42,039 bases of DNA from a virus (Duplodnaviria; Caudoviricetes): IMG/VR virus record IMGVR_UViG_3300030325_000005, positions 1 through 42,039 of that record; one strand, written 5' to 3'. Each line of letters begins with the position of its first letter. Position 1 is the first letter of the stretch. The notes below the pieces were generated by a model. The model was not told where the DNA came from. It made no database searches and worked only from the letters and a program-made list of their open reading frames with translations. A program made the translations under genes and the position numbers. This document shows, in pieces, positions 17,446 to 24,952 of the stretch.

Positions 17446-17937
17446 TCATAGCAAATCTTCCCCCGCATATTTGAGATTCTGAGCAATCCGTCTAGCCCAC
17501 CCCTTCCCGAACTGCGGCCAGACAGACAGCCCGGTCATGAACTCCAGCCGCGCCGCCAGCAGCCGCATAATCACCTCGGCTTCGGTGTAACGTTTGACGG
17601 CGGCTACCGTAGCCGGACCCATGCGCCCATCCTCAACGGCCCCCACAGCGCGCTGTAGGCACACCACGGCGCGGTCAACGCCCGAGTTGATGGCGAAGTC
17701 GAGAAGCTGGAAGGTCACGCTGTCGGGTAATTTGTCGGCCTTGAGCGGTGCCAGGTAATCGCGAATGTAGATGTCAGCGGCTTGTTCGCTGGTCAGGTTT
17801 TTGATATCGAGATTCGGGTAAGACCTTCGGCTGACTCCCCATCGAGTTTCCCCGCCGGGGTCACCTTCGCCCAGGGTATACCCGCCCTCGTGACCGATGA
17901 TGCGGGTTAGCCAGCCGGCTGCGATTTCAGGAGTCAT
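17446..17937 (-). CDS. endolysin, glycoside hydrolase family 108 with PG-binding domain
   Basis: HEGGY..DPGGETRWGVS..DFAINSG..FGKGWARR. Confidence 0.92.
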   Translation of the reverse strand: MTPEIAAGWLTRIIGHEGGYTLGEGDPGGETRWGVSRRSYPNLDIKNLTSEQAADIYIRDYLAPLKADKLPDSVTFQLLDFAINSGVDRAVVCLQRAVGAVEDGRMGPATVAAVKRYTEAEVIMRLLAARLEFMTGLSVWPQFGKGWARRIAQNLKYAGEDLL

Positions 17938-18368
17938 TGCGTCTTGCTCCAATTCCGATAATTGTGCGCGACGGCAGCGGCATCTCGCTCGTGCTGGTTG
18001 CTCCTGCCGGTCCATCCCATGATTGTGGCGAGCTGATAAGCGTTTATCTTCACGCCCTTCCCGAGCGGCGACACGCCGATCATGGGTATCTCCAGAGTCT
18101 CCGCTATGCGGGTGAGTATTGAGCAAAACCCGTCCACCATGCCGATATTGCGGGCGATCTTGAGGCGGGCAGCGGGCGATTCTTTCGGGCCGGTGAATAC
18201 ATGGGATTGCAGACGGCTGTCCTCGATAACCAGCAGATCGGGTTTGTAGTCGTCCAGCACCGCACCGTACTGGGCGGGCGAGATGGTGAACAACTCGGAC
18301 AGGATGCCGTCGCGGTACAAAGCCACGCCTGTCTGCTCGCCAGGATCAATGCCAAGCACGAATGCCAT
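17934..18368 (-). CDS. RuvC-like Holliday junction resolvase
   Basis: VLGIDPGEQTG, VIEDS, NQHERDA. Confidence 0.8.
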   Translation of the reverse strand: MAFVLGIDPGEQTGVALYRDGILSELFTISPAQYGAVLDDYKPDLLVIEDSRLQSHVFTGPKESPAARLKIARNIGMVDGFCSILTRIAETLEIPMIGVSPLGKGVKINAYQLATIMGWTGRSNQHERDAAAVAHNYRNWSKTQ

Positions 18369-18832
18369 CAGCCGGCCCTCGGCCTATACTCAAGCACATC
18401 GACAAGATGCCCCGGAAGACCGCTTGCCAGAATCCATGCTCTTGCATCTTTTCCGAAAAGGAACAACACACTGCCCAAGTTGTTGCTGCTGGGTCCGCCG
18501 ATGAAATTGATCTTCTTCCCCATAACCCAATAACTTCCAGCGTCATTAGCTAGCGGCCCAAACCACGGTGCGGATCCACGCTCAGGCAATATCAGTATTC
18601 CCCGCCCGTGTGCGACCATGCGCTTGATCCATGCCTCTTTCTGCGAGTACGGCGGGTTGCAATACACAAACCCGAACCAGCGCAGCACCAACCCATCCTC
18701 TCCGCGCTCAATGGCATAATTCTCGCGTCCTATCCTTGTGTCCAATCCGGCGCACGGATCATGATCGATAGTGCCAAGCACGCCCCATACCCATTCAGGG
18801 GTTTGCAGATTGTCGTTCGGCTTAAGCGCCAT
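18368..18832 (-). CDS. phage N6-adenine DNA methyltransferase (Dam-type)
   Basis: QTP, DPCA, DGL, VYCNPPYS. Confidence 0.85.
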   Translation of the reverse strand: MALKPNDNLQTPEWVWGVLGTIDHDPCAGLDTRIGRENYAIERGEDGLVLRWFGFVYCNPPYSQKEAWIKRMVAHGRGILILPERGSAPWFGPLANDAGSYWVMGKKINFIGGPSSNNLGSVLFLFGKDARAWILASGLPGHLVDVLEYRPRAG

Positions 18833-19026
18833 TAGCCGGCCCCCGCCGCATGCATCTTTCTCAACTCAAGCTCCCACGTCCGCACCCGATTTACCGACCA
18901 GCGCATCTCCTTGGCGTGCAATATGGCCTCTTCGCTACCTACGGCATCGAGTGCGGCAGCGGCATTACGCATGGCGGTCTCGGCGATTTGCAGCTTGAGT
19001 GCGGCCTTGCTTTCGTTCGTGTCCAC
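18832..19026 (-). CDS. hypothetical protein
   Basis: 64 aa, coupled. Confidence 0.55.
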   Translation of the reverse strand: MDTNESKAALKLQIAETAMRNAAAALDAVGSEEAILHAKEMRWSVNRVRTWELELRKMHAAGAG

Positions 19027-19275
19027 CTACAACTCGCCCCTTCTGCTTTTGGGTACGAAACCATCGTAATGCGCCTCAGACGCCTCAAGCGCCCGGTCCA
19101 GCGCGAACACCCGCGCCTGGTGCCTGCCCTGCGCTGCCGTGCTGCGTTCCCGAGTATGCGCCTTGGGTGCGTCCACGTCGCAGCGTGGATCCCATATCAG
19201 CGTCAGCGCACGCCGGATAGTTTCAGGGTATGCGAGCGGTAGCGGCGCGCTCGGGATTGTTCGATCTTCAGCCAT
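19027..19275 (-). CDS. hypothetical protein
   Basis: MAEDRTIP..; overlaps upstream stop. Confidence 0.55.
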   Translation of the reverse strand: MAEDRTIPSAPLPLAYPETIRRALTLIWDPRCDVDAPKAHTRERSTAAQGRHQARVFALDRALEASEAHYDGFVPKSRRGEL

Positions 19276-19474
19276 TCCGCAACCCCTTGCTATCCGCAAA
19301 CTGGTAACTCGCGCGCTGATTACTGTAACGAGGCGATCTTCCTTGCAGCCCCAACGTCCATATGTTGCAACACCTCGGGCAACGATAAGCACGTCGCCCA
19401 TCAAATGCCCTGCCTTTTTCTGGTTTTGGGTGTCTGCAAACGCTGCAACCATTTCCTGTGCGGTCTTCGGTCAT
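19268..19474 (-). CDS. small Zn-finger protein
   Basis: CSVC..CPRC. Confidence 0.55.
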   Translation of the reverse strand: MTEDRTGNGCSVCRHPKPEKGRAFDGRRAYRCPRCCNIWTLGLQGRSPRYSNQRASYQFADSKGLRNG

Positions 19475-19595
19475 GCGATCAATTCCAGAAAATCTGTCCA
19501 CAAACTACCACGGCGTCCGCGCAGTTGCTAACCATTTTTTCACCCGCCAGCGTTAAATCTCGACTGGAATTCAAAAAACGGTCGCTCGCTGTTTG

Positions 19596-20072
19596 TCAGC
19601 GTGCATCCCCCAGCATCGCGCGCAGCTCCGCGAATTTCGCGCGCGCCTCATCGCGGGACAGGATAGACGCCGGCAGCGCCTCGACGGTCGAGCGGGATTT
19701 TAGCTGCATGGTGGCGATCCCGATAAACCCAGCGTATGACGGCGGCCACGATTCGTCACCGGTGCGGCGGGCGTCTGCCTCCTGCTGCTCCATGATCTTG
19801 ATCCCCTGGGCAAACTGCGCCGGCGTGAGGTGCCCGATCTCTTTGCACCAGACGCGGAATTCCACCGTCTCGGCCCCGGACTCATCGCGCACCCGGAAGT
19901 CCACCGAGGCCTTTCCACGGTAGAGCAAGCTCATTTTCGTAAACACCGCTGCCACCATCCGTTTGATCTCGTTCGAGACGTTCGGCTGCGTCGAGGTCTG
20001 CGATGAATTCGGCGGCCTCTCGAACCGCCCTTGCTGAAACGCTTTCGCGGTCAGATCTGCCGCTTTTTCCAT
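19596..20072 (-). CDS. lambda P-like helicase loader
   Basis: VFTKMSLLY..VWCKEI..LTPAQFAQGI..WPPSYAGF; follows and overlaps the initiator; GGAGG RBS. Confidence 0.65.
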   Translation of the reverse strand: MEKAADLTAKAFQQGRFERPPNSSQTSTQPNVSNEIKRMVAAVFTKMSLLYRGKASVDFRVRDESGAETVEFRVWCKEIGHLTPAQFAQGIKIMEQQEADARRTGDESWPPSYAGFIGIATMQLKSRSTVEALPASILSRDEARAKFAELRAMLGDAR

Positions 20073-20829
20073 TGGTGCCTCCGGTATTGTTTCGGTTCGC
20101 TATCCACGCCGCCTTGAATCCCTGCCAGCCGCTGGTGATGCACTCGGCCAGGCACTGGTCGACGCTGTAACCCAGCGCGGCCGCTTTGTGCAGCTCATTG
20201 CCAAATTGGGTAATCACGGTCTGGCTAATCGGCGCCCGCTTCGCCTTTCGCGCAGCAACCCAGTCCGCCATAACCTGGGCGCTGGGCATGGTTGGCCATG
20301 CGCTGTAATCGAGCGGCACGGCTGGCGGCTTTGCTTTGGGCGGCTTGCGCTTAGGCGGGTCGACAACAGGGTCGCTTCCGATAGGCGGCGCATCTTTAAG
20401 GTTTTCCTCAAGGTTTACTGAAGTATCAAGATTTACTAAAGACTCAAGATTTACTAAGGGGTCGGGTTTACCGACAGTCGGGTTTTCTGATTCTCGGGTA
20501 ATCCCATGGTCGGGTTTTGCGCCTGACTCTTCTCGACGCGGTGTTTCGCACAGGACTATCTCGGTTCCCTCAACCTGCCCGAACTCATTGCGGGGTTTTT
20601 TGTAGGCTATATAGCCAGCCTTCCGCAGCTCTGAGAATATGCGCATCATCTTGTGGCGACCTATTCCGCCCATCCTGGACAGGTGCTCCTGGTGTATTAC
20701 CCAGCCGTCAGGCTTGCTGAGCAGATAGGCGAGAACCCCTTTCGCCTCAAACGATATAGCCGTGTCTTCCAGCGCAGAGGAGTCGATTACGGTGTATCTG
20801 TGCCTGTTAGGATTGCGAAGGATACTCAT
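19882..20829 (-). CDS. replication initiator (lambda O-like)
   Basis: YTVIDS..ISFEAKGVLAYLLSKPDGW HTH; central iterons; W..RKAKRAP..GWQGF C-domain. Confidence 0.85.
   Translation of the reverse strand: MSILRNPNRHRYTVIDSSALEDTAISFEAKGVLAYLLSKPDGWVIHQEHLSRMGGIGRHKMMRIFSELRKAGYIAYKKPRNEFGQVEGTEIVLCETPRREESGAKPDHGITRESENPTVGKPDPLVNLESLVNLDTSVNLEENLKDAPPIGSDPVVDPPKRKPPKAKPPAVPLDYSAWPTMPSAQVMADWVAARKAKRAPISQTVITQFGNELHKAAALGYSVDQCLAECITSGWQGFKAAWIANRNNTGGTNGKSGRSDRESVSARAVREAAEFIADLDAAERLERDQTDGGSGVYENELALPWKGLGGLPGAR
20408..20523. repeat. replication origin iterons
   Basis: 3x 18-bp TCAAGRTTTACT units (20408, 20426, 20444); 4x TCGGGT at 16-bp period (20462, 20478, 20494, 20510). Confidence 0.7.
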
Positions 20830-21385
20830 TAATCGCTCCTGTGAATCTCGGGTCTATCTCTCGGGTGTCGGCTAGCAGCCTAAGATTTTCTCTCGGCCAA
20901 TAAACCATGCCATGCCTTCCCCAGTTCTGATGCCTGTGACTTTCGCAGTCCCGCAATTTCATAATGTCGTTGCCGAACAAGCCCGTCGGGCTTTTGGGAG
21001 GGCACCCGTGTAAAATATCGCGCTTATCGGGTTCGCTTTCAGGGTGGAAAAATATCAGCCAGACAGGAAGGTGAGTCTTGGAAGAAACCTCCTGGTATTG
21101 GCTATAATGGTGGAGATCTATTCCGGTCACCCACCGCTGCGATATTCTGTGCCAGGTAAAGCATGTCTTCCTCTTGACCTCAAACCATATGGCACTTCCT
21201 GATCTAAATGCCAGCAAATCAGGAAGCACGAGATCCCCTGAATCAGAGAAAAGTTGAGGCCCCTTGAAATCACCTCCCTCCTTTTCGTAAGCCGGGAAGA
21301 CCGCATGCCCCCTCTTTTGCAGCCACTTGGAAATAGTTGATTCCCCAGCTCTACCAAAGGCCAACGACTCTTCAAATTTGTTCAT
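20807..21385 (-). CDS. PD-(D/E)xK nuclease-fold protein
   Basis: GRAGE..LPDLLAF..WFEVKRK. Confidence 0.7.
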   Translation of the reverse strand: MNKFEESLAFGRAGESTISKWLQKRGHAVFPAYEKEGGDFKGPQLFSDSGDLVLPDLLAFRSGSAIWFEVKRKTCFTWHRISQRWVTGIDLHHYSQYQEVSSKTHLPVWLIFFHPESEPDKRDILHGCPPKSPTGLFGNDIMKLRDCESHRHQNWGRHGMVYWPRENLRLLADTREIDPRFTGAINEYPSQS

Positions 21386-22484
21386 GGCGAACAACCAACC
21401 CAAATCCTGAAAATTCTTCTTGGAACGAACCCGGATCCGGTCCGCAATAAATTATTGCTTGCCCCTGTAGTGGAGCGCCAGGATCACCATTGGCGTCCAA
21501 AAACCTAACCCGGGCCTTCGGGAAGCAAATCGCCGAACACTCAGCCGCTATACCCTGGAACCACGTTGTCTCGGTTGCGTTGTTAACCAGCGCGATACCT
21601 TCAGAACCACGGCGAATCTCTAGCACAAATCTTTCTGAAAATTGCCCAATTAATGGCTGCGCGTAGGGCGGGTTCATCCAAATTCGCCCGACCGGCCATT
21701 CCTGCGCTAAACCATCATCTTCGGCAGTCAGGTATTTATCAGCCTGAACGGTCCGGTTCGCAACCTCGCTTGAGGCTGGGTCGAAGTCGATATTTCCCAG
21801 CACACGCCGGGCGCACTCGATAATGGCTGGCGGGGTATACCACTCGTTGTTTCCGCTGTTGTTGGATACGTGGGGACGGGTGGCGATGGTGTCGGCCAGC
21901 TGTGCTTGCCGCCTTACCTGCTGGTATGCAGCGCTTACCGTGGTATCACCCGCTTTTGCTTGCTCCCACAGATCTGGATCGGCTTTGCGCACAACTTCGG
22001 CCATGCCAATCATGCCGGTTGAAGTGTTGGCGGCCTTGGCTATCTCGGCTTGGGTGTTGTGCTTGGGTTCTGGGGTTTTATCATTCTGTGATAACACCCC
22101 AAGCTGCTTGTCCCGTGCTGCCTTTCCGTCATCAACCCGCTTAGCCGCGCCAATCTTCGCCAAATCCTCCTTGTTCGCCAGTTGCAGTTCAATCCGCCAT
22201 GCCATCGTCAGGTTGCGCCGACCCATCTGGTTGTCGCGCATCCAAACGCGGGCTTGTTCGATTTCATCGAACGCTAGCTCGGCTGTCGTGAACTCAATGC
22301 CGTGCTGCTGGCAGATATCAAAGCGGTTGTGGCCGTCCAGCAGCACCCCGCGCCAGGTAACGAGAGGGTCGCGGCAGCCATGTTCGACTATGCTTTTCTC
22401 CAGCAGATCGCGCTCTTCGGGAGACAGCGGCGGGATAAGCGCCTTGAACTCAGGGTCAACAACTACAGAAGGGTTATTGTTCAT
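21372..22484 (-). CDS. ParB-N domain fused to N6-adenine DNA methyltransferase
   Basis: IPPLSPEE..LLDGHNRF..QMGRRNL; C-terminal NEWYTP, DFDPAS, WMNPPY. Confidence 0.88.
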   Translation of the reverse strand: MNNNPSVVVDPEFKALIPPLSPEERDLLEKSIVEHGCRDPLVTWRGVLLDGHNRFDICQQHGIEFTTAELAFDEIEQARVWMRDNQMGRRNLTMAWRIELQLANKEDLAKIGAAKRVDDGKAARDKQLGVLSQNDKTPEPKHNTQAEIAKAANTSTGMIGMAEVVRKADPDLWEQAKAGDTTVSAAYQQVRRQAQLADTIATRPHVSNNSGNNEWYTPPAIIECARRVLGNIDFDPASSEVANRTVQADKYLTAEDDGLAQEWPVGRIWMNPPYAQPLIGQFSERFVLEIRRGSEGIALVNNATETTWFQGIAAECSAICFPKARVRFLDANGDPGAPLQGQAIIYCGPDPGSFQEEFSGFGLVVRHEQI

Positions 22485-22878
22485 CGATCCACCCATCATG
22501 GAATATATGTATCCCTTTGCTATCAAATTTATTCAGGCGAGTTTGTTCTCTCAATTGATCTATATACAGCCTGCATTTTTCTTCATGATTTTCAATGAAT
22601 TCGGCGGGCCACACTTTGAACTCTCCGCCATATCCACAGTCACCGCGCAATGCGGAAAGCGCGCTATCTATCGACTTGAACACCCTAAGCTTGCCGCGCT
22701 TTGTCATTAGCTCAAGAGTTAATCGATCATCTACATGATAAACATCAACGTACCATTCAGGAATTTCCGAATCTGATTTCTGTTTGACGATTATCTCGAT
22801 TACCGAGCCCGCCCGAATCAACATGGCCAGCCTATCAACGGTTAATTTTATCACTGTCAAGACCTCTCGCATCAACAA
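22474..22878 (-). CDS. hypothetical, possibly DNA-binding protein (AT-rich)
   Basis: LMTKRGKLRVFKSIDSA resembles small plasmid-borne proteins; start uncertain. Confidence 0.55.
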   Translation of the reverse strand: MLMREVLTVIKLTVDRLAMLIRAGSVIEIIVKQKSDSEIPEWYVDVYHVDDRLTLELMTKRGKLRVFKSIDSALSALRGDCGYGGEFKVWPAEFIENHEEKCRLYIDQLREQTRLNKFDSKGIHIFHDGWIDEQ

Positions 22879-22887
22879 TAGGCGTTA

Positions 22888-22917
22888 ATTGTATGGCCGA
22901 CTGGCGCCTTTCGTCAA
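22888..22917 (-). promoter_or_regulatory. sigma70-like promoter
   Basis: TTGACG-18 bp-TACAAT. Confidence 0.65.
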
Positions 22918-22919
22918 CC

Positions 22920-23012
22920 CTAAATAACGTCTTCGCGCATGGCGACACGCGGGTTCTGCGGGTGAGGGACTAGATTTGATATTTCGATGTGTTGCGGATT
23001 TTCTGCGGACAT
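22920..23012 (-). pseudogene. truncated ParB N-terminal fragment (30 aa)
   Basis: MSAENPQHIEISNLVPHPQNPRVAMREDVI*; L.PHP.NPR is the ParB-N start motif. Confidence 0.6.
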
Positions 23013-23023
23013 GAATCACCGGG

Positions 23024-23095
23024 TCTGAGGGCGCTGGTAGCGAACCAGCGCGGGCACAATACCGCAAGGGCGACGGACGTTGCCGGCTCCTCAGA
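23024..23095 (-). ncRNA. putative tRNA-like / c4-type antisense RNA
   Basis: 72 nt; 7-bp closing stem TCTGAGG/CCTCAGA; adjacent hairpin GCGCTGG-TTCGCTA-CCAGCGC. Confidence 0.35.
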
Positions 23096-23150
23096 TAACA
23101 GGTGGTGACATATTGGCTACCCATGCGGCACCGGCTCGCGACTCCGGCAC

Positions 23151-23183
23151 GGCGATATTATCCCATCGCCACACACCGCGCAA
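23151..23183 (-). promoter_or_regulatory. leftward promoter candidate
   Basis: Extended -10 TGgGATAAT inside inverted repeat GGCGAT..ATCGCC. Confidence 0.4.
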
Positions 23184-23364
23184 CCCCGCCCTGACACCAC
23201 GCCCACCGCGCGCATATATCGCAGAATCAACGACTTACGAATTGTTATAAGGACTGGCGCCTATATATCAACACAGTCTAACCGGGGCGCAGATATCGCT
23301 ATACACGCGGCTATATAGTCGATAATGTACACATACCGCAATGGTGCGGATGGAGGGTAAAGAG

Positions 23365-23535
23365 ATGAAAACTTTTAACCACGACGGGCGTACCTTTAAC
23401 GTGAAGAAAGACGCGCGCGGCCTGATCCTGATTGCGCCCGGCCGGTCAAACGACTATCAGCCGGCCGACTGCCTGACCGCAGAAATACAACGGCTGGCAG
23501 CGGAACGCCTTACGGCTAAACGCCCAGCAGCCTAA
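23365..23535 (+). CDS. hypothetical early protein
   Basis: GGAGG RBS; first gene of the right arm. Confidence 0.6.
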   Translation: MKTFNHDGRTFNVKKDARGLILIAPGRSNDYQPADCLTAEIQRLAAERLTAKRPAA

Positions 23536-23544
23536 CCGCCAACC

Positions 23545-23562
23545 GCCGCCCTTCGGGGCGGC
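23545..23562 (+). terminator. GC hairpin with UUCG loop, no U-tract
   Basis: GCCGCCC-TTCG-GGGCGGC. Confidence 0.4.
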
Positions 23563-23671
23563 ATAACAACGCGCTCCGTTAATCCAACACGGTATAACGG
23601 CGCAGTAAATACCGCTTGCATGGTGCGGCTATATAGCCAACTATGTGGGCTCTAACAGAGAGGATCGGATC

Positions 23672-23878
23672 ATGAAAACACCATCACCAGATGACATGTG
23701 CATTGCCGCTCAGTGGCTTCAAATCCATGAAGGTGCCGAGGATGCTGAGGCATGCCGCCGCGTCGCTGTGTGGCTAGAAAAGCAGGCCGCAGCCGCAGAG
23801 TTCCGCGCTGCATGTCGAGACTGCGATGTCCCGGTCTCAGTCGCCCGCAAGCAGCTAAAAAAGCAGGGCAAATCATGA
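23672..23878 (+). CDS. hypothetical protein
   Basis: GAGG RBS, 68 aa, coupled. Confidence 0.65.
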   Translation: MKTPSPDDMCIAAQWLQIHEGAEDAEACRRVAVWLEKQAAAAEFRAACRDCDVPVSVARKQLKKQGKS

Positions 23879-24057
23879 ATCGAACCATACCCCCCGAGCC
23901 CAGCAGGCCGCGCGGGGGATTCCGCAACCGATGCGTGAGCATCGACGACGCCACCGACGCCATTGTGCGTGAGGCCGGCGAGGGCAGCCGCAGCAGGGGA
24001 ATCCGGGAGCTGGTGCGCCACTGGCTACGTACACACAATCAGGAGGTAAAATCATGA
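23875..24057 (+). CDS. ribbon-helix-helix regulator
   Basis: RNRCVSIDDATDAIVREAGEGSRSRGIRELVR. Confidence 0.6.
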   Translation: MNRTIPPEPSRPRGGFRNRCVSIDDATDAIVREAGEGSRSRGIRELVRHWLRTHNQEVKS

Positions 24058-24656
24058 GCCAGCCAACCACCACATTCGCCCGAATTAAAGCGGCCGATCC
24101 CTGCGCCAGTAGCTGGCAGCGCGCCCTGCGCAAAGCCGGCGGGCTGCGCAAATACGGCGCGGACACGCCCATCACGGTGCGGCAGATTGTCGAGGCGATG
24201 GGCCTCGATGACGCGCTGTGGTGCCTGCAAACAATGCCGGAGCACAACGCCCGCTGGCGATTGCTCGCCGTGCGCTATGCGCGCCGTGTGCAGCACCTCA
24301 TGAGCGATCCCCGCAGCGTGGCGGCGCTCGATGTGGCCGAGCGGCATGCCCACGGCACGGCAACGGACGAGGAGCTATCGGCCGCCTCGGCCGCCGCCGG
24401 GGCCGCCAGTGCCGCCGCCGGGGGGGCCGCCTGGGCCGCCGCCAGGGCCGCCTGGGCCGCCTGGGCCGCCGGGGTCGCCGAGGCCGCCAGTGCCGCCGGG
24501 GTCGCCAGGGTCGCCGCCAGCGCCGCCGAGGCCGCCGGGGCCGCCAGTGCCGCCGAGGCCGCCGAGGCCGCCGAGGCCGCCGGGGCCGCCTGGGCCGCCG
24601 AACGTGAGTGGCAGACAGCCGAGCTTATCCGCATTTGCGAAGAGGGCGAGAAATGA
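24054..24656 (+). CDS. phage protein with Ala-rich repeat tract (Imm5-like)
   Basis: GLDDALWCL..DPRSVAALDVAE..ATDEEL, then AAWAAARAA repeats; AGGAGG RBS. Confidence 0.8.
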   Translation: MSQPTTTFARIKAADPCASSWQRALRKAGGLRKYGADTPITVRQIVEAMGLDDALWCLQTMPEHNARWRLLAVRYARRVQHLMSDPRSVAALDVAERHAHGTATDEELSAASAAAGAASAAAGGAAWAAARAAWAAWAAGVAEAASAAGVARVAASAAEAAGAASAAEAAEAAEAAGAAWAAEREWQTAELIRICEEGEK

Positions 24657-24952
24657 GCATTAACCTTCTATCCGACACAATCGACAAGTGGGTCGAAATG
24701 GTGCGCGAGTTCGACGCACGAAACGATCAGCGAGCGGCGCAACAAGCGCGGAACTGGCTGTTCGGTGCCGGAATGGCTTTACAGCTGATGGACGACGACG
24801 ACCTGTTTGGCCTATCTCAACGAGCCCTGGAGGCATCTGAAAATGGGATTAATCGAAACCGTACTGTGGGCGCTGGCAATAGCGGCAGCGTGGGGACTGG
24901 CAGCGTGGAAAGTCAGCGGCAGGATCTGGCCGACGAAGGGGATGGGCAGTGA
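24653..24952 (+). CDS. hypothetical protein
   Basis: ATGA-coupled. Confidence 0.6.
   Translation: MSINLLSDTIDKWVEMVREFDARNDQRAAQQARNWLFGAGMALQLMDDDDLFGLSQRALEASENGINRNRTVGAGNSGSVGTGSVESQRQDLADEGDGQ

Larger units (their letters stand above)
23259..23644 (+). promoter_or_regulatory. repeated palindromic operator GGCTATATAGCC in rightward promoter spacers
   Basis: 23627-23638 perfect, within TTGCAT-17-AACTAT; 23309-23320 11/12, abutting GATAAT; 23259-23270 weaker. Confidence 0.55.

Noticed and set aside
23024-23095. True tRNA gene
   Set aside because: No proper anticodon arm or D-loop consensus, 7-bp T-stem, no CCA
22885-23124. 79-aa ORF from the track
   Set aside because: No RBS or motif; overlaps a promoter, the ParB fragment and the structured leader
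24218-24663. Collagen-like (GPP) and Arg-rich ORFs
   Set aside because: Alternative frames of the GCC repeat in the Ala-rich gene, which has the RBS
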